This document shows positions 22,058 to 35,798 of a stretch of DNA of 64,000 nucleotides, one piece after another. The notes beneath the pieces are model-generated. The model made no database searches. It was not told the origin of the DNA and worked only from the letters and a program-made list of their open reading frames with translations. How positions within the stretch are numbered: the stretch's first letter is position 1; each line of letters opens with the position of its first letter. Origin of the DNA: Octopus sinensis (Eukaryota); the NCBI RefSeq assembly GCF_006345805.1, contig NC_043016.1:16740001-16804000 (forward strand). Direction: 5' to 3'. Position numbers and translations under genes: made by a program.

Positions 22058-22457
22058 ATAGCTTCAGGATTTCAATGATATGATTGTTTAGTTTGAGAAT
22101 GACATAGTAGGATAGGTGTGAAAGGCAGGATCTGGGCAATTAAGTGCTAAAAAATATATCATCATCATAGGCACAAGAGTGGCTGTGTGGTAAGTAGCTT
22201 CCTAACCAAGCACATGGTTCCGGGTTCAGTCCCACTGTGTGGCACCTTGGGCAAGTGTCTTCTACTATAGCCTCAGACCAACAAAAGCCTTGTGAGTGGA
22301 TTTGGTGGACGGAAACTGTCCGACAAACAGGAACGTGAAACTCAGAGTAACAGGTTTTGTTGAATTTCTGCTGCTTTTAAATAAAGCATATTACTCTACC
22401 CCTGGTATTTGAGTACCCTTTTTTCCACCTTGTTTCACATTTATGTGTTTACTCCGG

Positions 22458-22495
<38 letters not shown>

Positions 22496-23564
22496 GGTGC
22501 AGGAGTGGCTGTGTGGTAAGTAGGTTGCTTACCAACCATATGGTTTCGGGTTCAGTCCCACTGTGTGGCACCTTGTGCAAGTGACTTCTGCTATAGCTTC
22601 AGGCTGACCAAAGCCTTTTGAGTGCATTTGGTAGGTGGAAACTGAAAGAAGCCCATAGTATATAAGTATGTGTCTGTTTGTCCCCCCCCACATCACTTAA
22701 CAACCAATGTTGGTGTGTTTACGACCCCCGTAACCTAACGGTTCAGCAAAGAAGACTGATAGAATAAGTACTTGGCTTGCAAAGAATAAGTCCTGGGGTT
22801 GATTTGCTCGACTAAAAGGCAGTGCTCCAGCATGGCCACAGTCAAATGACTGAAACAAGTAATGTCTATTGTCCATGCTGGCATGAGCTAGATGGTTTGA
22901 CCAAAGCTGGTAAGTGGGAAGGCAGCACCAGACTCCATGGTTTTCTATGGCGGGATGACGTTACTAGCGCCAACCACTCGAAGAGTGTAATGGCACAGGG
23001 GCCATTTGCGTGACACCAGTATCTGATTTTGCTAGGCTTGATGGGTCCTCTTCGCAAACACGATATAATGTCAAAGGTCTCAGTTATTGCCTCTGTGAGG
23101 CCCAGCACTCGAAATGAACTCAGCTATTTTGCCTCTGTGAGGCCCAATGTTCGAAAGGAAATGCCCAGCACTCGAAATGAAGCACATGTATGTATATATA
23201 AGCTTTTAGCATTCAGATTAATCTATAAAATATTTTTGAATCAATAATGCATTATCTCATAGCATTGAAATTTTGATGATCCTCATCATTATTATCGTAT
23301 AACATCCGCTTTCCGTGCTGGCATGGGTTGGACGGTTTGACTGAGGACTGGCGAACCAGATGGCTGCACCAGGCTCCAATCTGATCTGGCAGAGTTTCTA
23401 CAGCTTGATGCCTTTCCTAAAGACAACCACTCCGAGAGTGTAGTGGGTGCTTTTATGTGCCACCGGCATGAGTGCCAGTCAGGCAGTACTGGCAACAGCC
23501 ACGCTCAAGTGGTGTTTTTTATGTGCCACCTGAATAGGGGCCAGTCCAGCGTATATATGTATTA

Positions 23565-24330
23565 TCGTCATCATCATCATCATTTAACATCCGTTTTCCA
23601 TGCTGGCATGGGTTTGACAAGGACTGGCAAACCAGATGGCTGCACCAGGCTCTAATCTCATCTGGCAGAGTTTCTACCGCTGGATGTGCTTCCTAATGCC
23701 AACCACTGAAGTGGTGTCTTTTACGTGCCACCTGCACACGAGCCAGTCCAGCGGCACTGGCAATGATCTCGCTCGAATGTTTTTCACTTGCCAGTAAGGC
23801 GACGCTGGTACAAATCGCATTTGAATGGTGCTTTTTACATGCCACCAGTTCAGAAGCCAGTCAGCTGCTCTGGCGGCAATCACACTCAGATTGTGCTCTT
23901 AGTGCTCCACTGGCACGGGTGCTAGTCATCGAATTTGCAAATTTGATTTCGATTTCACTTGCCTCAACAGGTCTTCGCAAGCAGAGTTTAGTGTCCAATG
24001 AAGTAAAAGGTTACGCATAAGTAAAAGGTTACACATAAGGTTTATGGTCTCACTTGGCTTGCCAGGTCTTCTCAAGCACAGCCTATTTTCAAAAGTCTCA
24101 GTCGCTAGTCATTTCCTTGGTGAGGCCTAATGTTCGAAGATCATGCTTCACCACCTCATCCCAGTTCTTCCTGGGTCTACCTATTCCACAGGATCCCTCA
24201 ACCGCTAGAGTGTGGCACTTCTTTACACACCTATCCTCATCCATTCTCACCACATGACCATACCAGCACAGTCGTCTCTCTTGCACACCACATCTGATGC
24301 TTCTTTGGTTCAACTTTTCTCATAGGGCTC
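23565..24330 (-). mobile_element. 5'-truncated RTE: ORF2 end, 3' UTR and (GAT)n tail
   Basis: ORF 24098-24313 RRLCWYGHVVRMDEDRCVKKC...GRPRKNWDEVVKHDL is continuous with the UTR family. Confidence 0.88.
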
Positions 24331-24480
24331 ATACACTTTGTCGTAGGCCACAGGTTATGGTCTCACTTGGCTTGCCGGGTCTTCTCAAGCACAGCGTATT
24401 TGTAAAGGTCCCAGTCACTAGTAATTTCTTCCGTGAGACATGATTATATACTTTTAGATGCACATTGTAGGGTATGTGTG

Positions 24481-25324
24481 GAGGCACAATGGCCCAGTGG
24501 TTAGGGCACGGACTCATGGTCGTAGGATAGGGGTTTCAATTCCCATAATGGGCATTGTGAGTGTTTATTGAGCAGAAACATCTGAAGTGCCATGAGGCTC
24601 CGGCAGGGGGTGGTGGTGACCCTTGTACTCTTTCATCCCCAACTTTCTCTCACTCTTTTTCCCTGTTTCTGTTGTACCTGTATTTCAAAGGAGCCAGCCT
24701 TGTCACACCGAATCTCCCCAAGAACTACATTAAGGGCACACATCATCATTTATCATTTCATCATTTAGCGTCCGCTTTCCATGCTAGCACGGGTTGGACG
24801 ATTTGACTGAGGACTGGCGAACCACATGCCTGCACCAGGATCCAATCTGATCTGGCAGAGTTTCTACAGTTGGATGCCCTTCCTAATGCCAACCACTCCT
24901 AGAGTGTAGTGGGTGCTTTCAAAGTGCCACCGGCACAAGGGCCAGTCAGGCGATACTGGCAATGGTCACGCTCATATGGTGTTTTTTATGTGCCACCTGC
25001 ACAGGAGTCAGTATAGCGGCACTGGCAATGACTTTGCTCAAATGTTTTGTTCATGTGCCACCGGCACAAGTGTCAGTAAGGCGACGTGTCTGGGAAATAC
25101 TCGCCCACTTGCATGTTTATAAATGAGCTGTGATGTCACGGGTGTCAAGCTGTATGGGCCCCTTTTGCCTTTCCCTTGGATAACATCGGTGGCATGAAGA
25201 GGGGAGGCTGGTATGCATGGGTGACTACTGGTCTTCAATAAACAACCTTGCCAGGACTTGTGCCTGTGGGGGTTACTTTCTAGGTGCAATCCCATGGTCA
25301 GTCATGACCGAAGGGAGTCACAAA
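24481..25324 (+). mobile_element. SINE family C with an RTE 3'-UTR insertion (about 24755-25100)
   Basis: 14-bp direct repeat GTAGGGTATGTGTG at 24467-24480 and 25325-25338; tRNA-like head TGGCCCAGTGGTTAGGG...GTTTCAATTCCC. Confidence 0.75.
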
Positions 25325-25344
25325 GTAGGGTATGTGTGAGAGAT

Positions 25345-25770
25345 TTCTTTATTATGATCATAAGATCTAGTATAGGACAGTACAAGACAATACAAAACAT
25401 AATTCATATGATTAAAATTTTGATTTCCTTACACTTTTTTCTTGTTGGTCTGCTGTCCAACGGCTACATCCTTTTTCATTTTCCCTCATGGTAGATTGAG
25501 AAGGGACACTCCCAACTTCCTTGCCACATCCTTCCATCTTTTCTCATATATACTTCTAGACAGGTGTCTCCTTTCCAGCCCTATCTTGCTTTTCAGGTAA
25601 TACTTGAAGTAGTAAAGCATTCCAGGGCCGGAGATGAAGATCCCTGACTTCTTACCTTGTATTCTGGTTCTCCATACATACTCTTTCATAACAGCGACTG
25701 TACACAGAAAGCAAGCCTCACCCCTTGGACAGTCCGCTGGGTGATACATTCTTAATCACAGACTCAGCCG
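25345..25770 (-). mobile_element. Tx1/L1-like LINE ORF2 C-terminal fragment with 3' UTR
   Basis: FLCTVAVMKEYVWRTR...YYFKYYLKSKIGLERRHLS...KRWKDVAR resembles L1/Tx1 ORF2 ends (recalled); AATAAA on the reverse strand at about 25348. Confidence 0.6.
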
Positions 25771-25805
25771 ATAGCTTTACTCTTCCCAGATGTGACAACA
25801 CATGT

Positions 25806-26040
25806 TACTCTTTTACTTGTTTCAGTCATTTGACTGTGGCCATGCTGGAGCACTGCCTTTAGTCAACCAAATCAACCCCAGGACTTATTCTTTGTAAGCC
25901 CAGTACTTATTCTATCGGTCTCTTTTGCCGAAACGCTAAGTTATGGGGATGTAAACACACCAGCATCGGTTGTCAAGCAATGCTAGGGCGACAAACACAG
26001 ACACACAAAAAACACACACCACACACATATATATATATTA

Positions 26041-26071
<31 letters not shown>

Positions 26072-26200
26072 CAATATAAGACGGGCTTCTTTCAGTTTCC
26101 GTCTACCAATCCACTCACAAGGCTTGGTTGGCCTGAGGCTATAGTAGAAGACACTTGCCCAAGGTGCCACACAGTGGGACTGAAACCCACTCAGCCACTC
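25806..26200 (-). mobile_element. SINE family A copy
   Basis: Reverse complement of the SINE A consensus with an internal TA run. Confidence 0.88.
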
Positions 26201-26381
26201 CTATGCCTGTGTATGTATGTATAACATATATATATATATACGACAGGTTTCTTTCAGTTTCCGTCTACCAAATCCACTAACAAGGCTTTGGTCGGCCCGA
26301 GGCTATAATAGATGACTCTTGCCTAAGGTACCACGCAGTGGTTATGAACCTGGAATCATGTGGTTGGTAAGCAAGCTACTT

Positions 26382-27461
26382 TATTTCAAAATTTTGCCGT
26401 AAAGGCACTACACGAGTAGCTTGCGAGCTGGACAAAGATGATATTGATGAGAGAAGACAAAAAACGTCTGCCGATTTTTTTGCTTCTCTAAAACATTCGT
26501 TTTTTTTTTGTTTTTTTACTCAGTAAAAACCATACAAGGTATTAAACCTCTTACTTTAGTTCCATAGTTCATTATAAATTGAGACTGAGCTTCTTACAAA
26601 CAATAAAATCAGACCTCAAAGCAAAGCAACAGACCGAGGCATTAAACCTCTCACTTTAATGTTGATACACAATACGAGGCTCTAAGACTCTTAATTTTTC
26701 CGTGCTGCCATCACCCGACCAGGCTCAATGCCACACTGAAGCACCTCGATGGTGCTAGGTCAGGGCTTTTCAGCAAAAAGAGAAATGTGTCCTCGGGGAA
26801 GGACTTTATTACCTCAAACAAGTTTTTTTCGCACACGACCTCTGCAGGTACCTGCAGAGACCAATCAGGGTTCTTGATACAGGTGCTAATTCCTTCCCGT
26901 CGACCTTTTATATTAAACTTTTTAATCATTTTTTTAGCACAGGACTACAAATTCCTCCTCCACATAGAGAGCCCTTAAATTCCCCTTCCAGTGGCACAAT
27001 TCCCACCGAAGGAGCTTCAGGACACATCAGTAGTGTACTAGCAACCGCCGGTAGTGCCCCATTTTTTCTTTTTTCTTCCTTTCTCCTTTATGACGGGAGG
27101 GTGGAGTTCTTTTGTTTTGTCTGAAAGATCTTCCTTCCATCGCGCCGCCTCAGTATCCACTGGTGGGCAACCATTGTTACCCACCTTTCTCTTTTTACCT
27201 TTTTTTGAGGAGGTCTTCACCTCCTCGACTGCCTCCATCTCTCCCTCCGATGGGGGAGCAGGGGGCACTGCTTCTATTAACTGCTGCAGGACCTTACCTT
27301 GGTCCTGAGGGCAGTTTTTCTTAATGTGGCCCAGTTCCAGACACAGGTGACACTTGGGAGGGGAGATGGCCCTCAAAAATCACCATATACCTAGATGCGG
27401 CCATCCTCAAAACATCTGGAAAAACCAGATCATTGGCTGACTGGGTTCACAGGGTCAAAAC
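26382..27461 (-). mobile_element. ORF1-only Tx1/L1-like retroelement, copy 2, inserted in a SINE A head
   Basis: 14-bp TSD TAAGCAAGCTA(CTT/TCT) at 26368-26381 and 27462-27475; intact CX2CX4HX4C knuckle CHLCLELGHIKKNC in ORF 27038-27376; 3' end AATAAA. Confidence 0.85.
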
Positions 27462-27628
27462 TAAGCAAGCTATCTACCACATAGCCACTCCTGCGCCTGT
27501 GCATTGGTTTGTATTACAAGAAACAGCTGGGTTTCTTTCTCTAACATTTTACTTATTTCAACCTACACAAGTTAAATGTGTGATAAACAAACTAGGAATT
27601 TTGAAAGAAATATCTGTAAAACTGGTTT

Positions 27629-28890
27629 TTAACCCCTTAATGGATCAATTATTTTGACATGGCGTTTCATTTCAGAGCACATTTTAAAAAGTTCCTTTTT
27701 TAATTATATACACTGTTAATTACAAAACAAAAAAGGTTTTTTTTATCTTGTTTCCATTATTTTTTATTATAGAAATTAAAATGTACTTTTACTCATTTGG
27801 ATTTAAGCGAGTTTACTCGGACATTGAAAAAGTACATATAACTTAACGATCTTTGATTTCTTTCTAAGATGTTTTGCTTTTAAATGAAAGGAAAATTTTT
27901 AAAAAATGAGATATACAGTTTATTTAGAATGATAATTTTGAAAACAAGGAGTTACACACAAGTTATCTTGCAGACATCACACATGTATCTGCTTTCTCTT
28001 TGAATCTTCTTTCCTTTAGCATCTCTCTTCTCTGCGCATTTTGCACACTGTCTTCAAGGGTTCTTTTTCTTATCACTTGGTGGTATTTCCATGGGAAAGT
28101 GACCAGCTGGGGCAAATCTGATTGATGATGGTTTTCCTGGTTTCGTGGGAGGCAATAAGGGCCTATATTTTTCAATAATCTTGGTGATTATTTGCATTCT
28201 AAATTTCAGCAGTTTCATAACAGAAGCTGAAGTTTCCAAAGATGCTTTATACAAAACACAATTATTCCAGATAGCCAAATCCATCAAATGATAAAATACT
28301 TTTTTTTTTAAACAACGCGAGTAAATTCGTGATTGCTCAAAAATGAAATGACACAAAACAAATAACTGGTTTGAGGCCCTTATTGCCTCCCACGAAACCA
28401 GGAAAACCATCATCAATCAGATTTGCCCCAGCTGGTCACTTTCCCATGGAAATACCACCAAGTGATAAGAAAAAGAACCCTTGAAGACAGTGTGCAAAAT
28501 GCGCAGAGAAGAGAGATGCTAAAGGAAAGAAGATTCAAAGAGAAAGCAGATACATGTGTGATGTCTGCAAGATAACTTTGTGTGTAACTCCTTGTTTTCA
28601 AAATTATCATTCTAAATACACTGTATATCTCATTTTTTAAAAATTTTCCTTTCATTTAAAAGCAAAACATCTTAGAAAGAAATCAAAGATCGTTAAGTTA
28701 TATGTACTTTTTCAATGTCTGAGTAAACTCGCTTAAATCCAAATGAGTAAAAGTACATTTTAATTTCTATAATAAAAAAAAAAACTTATTTTTTGTAATT
28801 AACACAGTGTGTATAATTAAAAAAGGAAATAAATAAATATACTCTGAAATGAAACACCATGTCAAAATAATTAATCCATTAAGATATTAA
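27629..28890. mobile_element. piggyBac fold-back with two right ends facing outward
   Basis: TTAA-CCCCTTAATGGATC at the left and CCATTAAGATA-TTAA at the right; arms 27629-28163 and 28375-28890; transposase C-terminus KKVFYHLMDLAIWN...CAKC...MCDVCKITLC. Confidence 0.88.
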
Positions 28891-30114
28891 ATGCAATATT
28901 AGATGTCAAATCATGTATATTTTTGCATGAAACTTTGCCTCAATATTCACTTCAGATGCTTACTAAATCACCTCGATTTTGCATGAAAGATAAATACATT
29001 TTAAATTTTAATTTAATAATGTCTGTTATTTAACTATTGATGAATCTTGACCTTATAAAAACCAATTAATTTGCATGCTGTTTTATTTTTCTATCCCTGT
29101 CTTTTTACATAGCAAATTAACCATTCTAATCTTAATATCATTTCCTGTTTTCAATTGATCTAAGTTCTTCATTATTCTCGAGATTAATTAAAAGAAAGGC
29201 AGTGTATTTCCGCAGGAATATGCTAATAAATGAGTTAAAATAATCTAAAATAAAACCTTCCATAAAATTTTCACCTTAATTAATTAATGACAAAGTAATT
29301 TTATTAAATTCATTATTTTCGAAATGAATTGAACCAAAGGCAGTATGTTTCTTATTTCTTTATTACCCTCAGAGGGCTAAACACAGAGGGATTAAGTCGA
29401 TTACATCGAACCCAGTGCGTACTGGTACTTAATTTATCGACCCCAAAAGGATGAAAGGCAAAGTCAACCTTTCTGGAATTTGAACTCGGAATGTAATGTT
29501 AGACAAAACACTGCTAACATTTCTTATTTCTTTACTGCCCACAGGGGGCTAAACATAGAGGGGACAAACAAGGATAGACAGAGGGATTAAGTCAATTACA
29601 TTGACTCCCAGTACATAACTGGGACTTAATTTATCAACCCCAAAAGGATGAAAGGCAAAGTCAACCTCAGCGGAATTTGAACTCAGAATGTAACGGCAGA
29701 CGAAATACCGCTAAGCATTTCACCTGGTGTGCTAACATTATGTATCTCTTTATTGCCCGCAAAGGGCTAAATATAGAGGGGACAAACAAGAACAGATAAA
29801 GGAATTAAGTCAATTATATCGACCCAGTGTGTAACTGGTACTTAATTTACCGAACCCGAGGGATGAAAGGCAAAGTTGACCTTGGCAGAACGTAACGCCA
29901 GACGAAATACTGCTAAGCATTTCGCCCAGCATGCTAACATTTCTGCCAGCTCGCCACCTTTTCTCAGAAATATAGAAAAAAAAGGGGGTTAAAACTCCAT
30001 ATTTTTGATGCAGTTAAAATTAAATAAACACCTCTAAAATAAAGTGAGACTTCATTAATATTTAATCCAAATGATGTTTTCCTGTTCTCAACAGCGTTTA
30101 GTTCCTGCTTTGCT

Positions 30115-30455
30115 CTTTTACTTGTTTCAGTCATTTGACTGCAGCCATGCTGGAGCACCGCCTTTGATCGAGCAAATCGACTCCAGGAATTATTCTTTAT
30201 AAGCCTAGCACTTATTACTAGTGGTCTCTTTTGCCGAACCTCTAAGTTACGGGGACGTAAACACCAGCATTGATTGTCAAGTGATGTTGGGGGGACAAAC
30301 ACATATATACAACAGGCTTCTTTCAGTTTCCGCCTATTAAATCCACTCACAAGGCTATAGTAAAAGTCACTTGCCCAAGTTGCCAGGCAGTGGACTGAAC
30401 CCGGAACCATGTGGTTGGTAAGCAAGCTACTTACCATGCTGCCACTCTTGCGCCT
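30115..30455 (-). mobile_element. SINE family A copy
   Basis: Reverse complement of the SINE A consensus. Confidence 0.88.
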
Positions 30456-30517
30456 ATATATATAACAATAATTAAGGGTTTAGCAACAAGTTGCTTCGCC
30501 GTATACCGAAAATTTAG

Positions 30518-30944
30518 AAATAGCAGCCAAAAGACCGTTATTTCCTTTTCACTACAAAATATGATTCTGCTGATAACATTTGCTGTAACTCACATAGGTT
30601 AAAAGAAGGAAACAGAATGAAATCAAACTTGGAGGGAAAATATGAATTTCACTGGTCTATATAAGTTTGGATATGCTGACTACCTTGTGCCATGTTCTGA
30701 TGGCGCTTGATCAGAAATGCAAAGGCTAAGTTCTAGCATTTTCAAATTTATAATTCCTGAAATATTATGTTGACAAAGGAAATGAAGTTTTATAATTCTA
30801 ATCCAGAAACGCATCCATAATTAATCAAAGACTGCTTGATTTCATTCTGTTTCCTTCTTTTAACCTATGTGAGTTACAGCAAATGTTATCTGTGGAGTCA
30901 TATTTTGTAGTGAAAAGGAAATAACGGTCTTTTGGCTGCTATTT
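30518..30944. repeat. Inverted repeat with 109-bp arms (30518-30626 / 30836-30944)
   Basis: AAATAGCAGCCAAAAGACCGTTATTTCC... pairs with ...GGAAATAACGGTCTTTTGGCTGCTATTT. Confidence 0.85.
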
Positions 30945-31070
30945 ATAATTATATATAAAAAAACCTTTTTGTATAAGTTTTTACCGAATGTGGTTCTTTT
31001 CCATACTGAAACTACTTCGTAAAATTTATTATTAAATTAATAATTTTTTAACCCTATAATCTATAATGAT

Positions 31071-31108
<38 letters not shown>

Positions 31109-32199
31109 CGACGGGCTTCTTTCAGTTTCCGTCTACCAAATCCACTCACAGGCTTTGGTTGGCTCGAGGCTATAGTAGGAGACACTTGGCCAAGGTGCCA
31201 TGAAGTGGGACTGAACCTGGAACCATGTGGTTGGTAAGCAAGCTACTTACCACACGGCCACTCCTGCGCTTTGCTTATAGCATATTGTTACTATTTTTAA
31301 GAAGGTGACATTTCCAACATCCTTAAGTTCAGCATTCAAATTCTACTGAGGTTGACATTGCCTTTCATCCTTTCAGGATTAATAAATTAATTGTTAGTGA
31401 ATCACTGGGGTTGATGTTTAATACTGGCCCCTTTCTTCTAAATTATCAGGGCTTGTGCATATAGTAGATAAAATGATTATCATTATTGAAATTACAGAAT
31501 GCTATATATTGTTTTGCTTACTGCTATAAGTTTTTTAACCAATTCTGCATCAAGATGTATTGTCTACACTCAATAGTATTCTGAAAGAATTTTTTCCTCC
31601 AAAACAAAAAAAAAACACTTTCTTTGCATACTTGTAAATCAAGCATTTGAGACTCATGGCCCAAAAGTGGAGCAGTTAGATGTTCAAAGAAATTGAAGAA
31701 GCTGAACAATGATCAATAATATTTTTATTAATAAAAATAGGGTTATAGACGGTTGCTCTTCTTCACTTGTTGCAGTCATTTGGCTCCGGCCGTGCTGGAG
31801 CACCGCCTTCAGCTGAGCAAATCGACCCCAGGACTTATTCCTTGTAAGCCTTGTACTTACTTTATCGATCTCTTTTGCCGAACAGCTGGTTACAGGGACT
31901 TAAACACACCAGCATCAGTTGTCAAGTGATGTTGGGAGAAATACAGACACACAAACATACACACGCGCGCACACACACACATATATATATATATATATTA
32001 TATATACACACACACACATAGGCACAGGAGTGGCTTTGTGGTAAGTAGCTTGCAAACCAACCACATGGTTCCAGGTTCAGTCCCACTGCATGGCACCTTG
32101 GGCACGTGTCACAAGTGTGGGCAAGTGTCTTCTGCTATAGCCTCAGGCCGACCAAAGCTTAAGGAAGTTGGTTTGGTAGACGGAGACTTAAGGAAGTTC

Positions 32200-32742
32200 G
32201 TCAAACATATATATATGTGTGTATAGATATATGTATATATATGTGTGTATAGATATATGTATATATATGTGTGTATAGATATATGTATATATATGTGTGT
32301 ATAGATATATGTATATATATGTGTGTATAGATATATGTATATATATGTGTGTATAGATATATGTATATATATATATATAGGTGTATATATATGTGTGTAT
32401 ATGTATATATATGTGTATGTATATATGTATGTATGTAGTAGATATATATGTATGTATGTGTGTAGATATATATGTATGATGTATATATATATGGTATGTA
32501 TATATATATATATATATTATGTATATATATATGTATATATATATGTATGTATGTATATATATATATGTATGTATGTATATATATATGGATGGATGTATAT
32601 ATATATATGTATGTATATATATATATGTATGTATATATATATGTATATTTATATATATGTATATGTATATATATATATATGTATGTATATATATATGTAT
32701 ATATATGTATATTTATATTTTTGTATATATATATATATGTAT

Positions 32743-32774
<32 letters not shown>

Positions 32775-32877
32775 TTATATATATGTATATATATATATAT
32801 AGTATGTATATGTATATTTATATATATATATGTATGTATATATGTATAATTATATATACATACATATATATATATAC

Positions 32878-32912
<35 letters not shown>

Positions 32913-34307
32913 CATACATATATATATACATACATATATTATACAATATATATATATACATACATATATATATACATATATATATATATACATACATATA
33001 TATATACATATATATATATAATACATACATATATATATACATAATATATAACATATATATATACATATATATACATACATATATATATACATACATACAT
33101 ATATATAACATACACATATATATATATACATACATGTATATATATATATACATAGATGTATATATATATATACATACATGTCTTAATATATTATACATGT
33201 ATATATATATAATGTATATATATATACATACATGTTATATATTATATATATAATATATATACATACATGTATATATATATATAATATATATATATATATA
33301 TTATATATATACATACATATATATATATATGTATGATGTATATATATGTATGTATGTATATATATGTATGTATGTATATGTATGTTGTATATGTATGATA
33401 TGTATGTATGTATGTATATATGTGTATGTATGTATGTATATATTGTATGTATGTCATCATCATCATATCATCATCATCGTTTTTAACGTCCGTTTTCCGC
33501 GCTAGCACGGGTTTGGACGGTTTCGACCGGGGTCTGGGGAGCTAGGGACTGCCCCAGGCTCCAGTCTAGTCTGGCAGTGTTTCTACAGCTGGATGCCCTT
33601 CCTAACGCCAACCACTCCGCGAGAGTGTAGGGTGTGTTTTTTTACGTGCCACCTGCACAGGTGCCAGAGGGGTCTGGCATCGGCCACGTTCGGATGGTGC
33701 TTTTTTTTTTTTTTATATATATATATAATATGTATGATGTATGTATGTATGTATATGTATGTATATATATATGTATATGATGTATGTATATGTATGTATA
33801 TATATATGTATATGTATGTATATATATATGTATATGTATGTATATATATATATGTATATGTATATGTATGTATATATATATATGTATATGTATGTATATA
33901 TATATATATATGTATGTATATATATATATATATGTATGTATTATGTATGTATATATATATATGATGTATATGTATGTATCTATATATATATGTATGTATA
34001 TGTATGTATCTATATATATATATATATGTATGTATATGTATGTATTGTGATATATATATATATGTATGTATATGTATGTAGTTATATAATATATATGTAT
34101 GTATATGTATGTATATATATATTATGTATGTATATGTATGTATGTATGTATATATATATGTATCTATATATATATATATATGTATGTATGTATATATTAT
34201 ATATGTATGTATTATATATATAATATATGTATGTATATTATGTATGTATATTGTATGTATTAATATATATATATTATATATATGTATGTAATGTATGTAT
34301 GTATATG

Positions 34308-34349
<42 letters not shown>

Positions 34350-34420
34350 AATGTATGTATATATATGTATGTTATATATGTATGTATGTATTATATATGT
34401 ATGTATATATATGTATGTAT

Positions 34421-34454
<34 letters not shown>

Positions 34455-35028
34455 TGTATGTATATGTATGTATATATATATGTATGTATATGTATATATA
34501 TATGTATGTATATGTATGTGTATGTATATGTATGTATATCTATATATATGTATGTATGTATGTATGTATATATATATGTATGTATGTAATAATGTATGTA
34601 TGTATATATATATATGTATGTATGTATATGTATGTATGTATATGTATGTATGTATATATATATATGTATGTAGTATATGTATGTATATGTATGTATGTAT
34701 ATGTTGTATGTATATATGTATGTATGTATGTATGATATATATACATATTATGTATGTATATATATATGTATGTATATGTATGTAATATATATATAGTATG
34801 TATGTATGTATATATATATTATGTTATGTATGTATATATATATATATGTATATGTAGGTATATATATAAATAGTATGTATGTATGTATATATATATAATA
34901 TGTTATGTATATATATATATATTATATGTATGTATATATATATGTATGTATGTATGTATGTATATATATATATATATGTATATGTATGTATATATATATG
35001 TATGTATATATATATGTATATGTATGTA

Positions 35029-35061
<33 letters not shown>

Positions 35062-35798
35062 AAATATATATATTATATATGTATGTATTATATATGTATG
35101 TATATATATATGTATGTATATATGTATATATATATATGTATGTATATATATATATTGTATGTATATATATATATGTATATATAATGTATGTATATGTATG
35201 TATTATATATATATTATGTATAAAATGTATGTATGTATATATTATATATGTATGTATCTTATAATATATATATATATGTATGTTATATATATATATATAT
35301 GTATGTATATATATATATATGTATGTATGTATAATGTATGTATGTATATGTATATATATATATGTATGTATATGTATATATATATATATGTATGTATATA
35401 TATAATTATGTATGTATATGTATGTATGTATATGTATATATATATATGTGTATGTATGTATATGTATGTATGTGTATGTATGTATGTATATGTATGTATG
35501 TATGTATATGTATGTATGTATGTATATGTATGTATATATATATATGTATGTATGTATATCTATGTATATATATGTATGTATGTATATCTATGTATATATA
35601 TATATGTATGTATGTATGTATATGTATATATATGTATGTATGTATGTATATGTATATATATATATGTATGTATGTATATGTATATATATATATGTATGTA
35701 TGTATATGTATGTATGTATATGTATGTATATATATATATGTATGTATGTATATGTATGTATGTATATATATATATGTATATGTATGTATGTATATACA
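32200..35798. repeat. About 3.6 kb compound TA/TATG microsatellite, interrupted by an RTE UTR piece at about 33460-33700
   Basis: Includes six copies of a 26-bp unit at about 32213-32370. All Y/I/M/C/V-rich ORFs here are artefacts. Confidence 0.95.
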
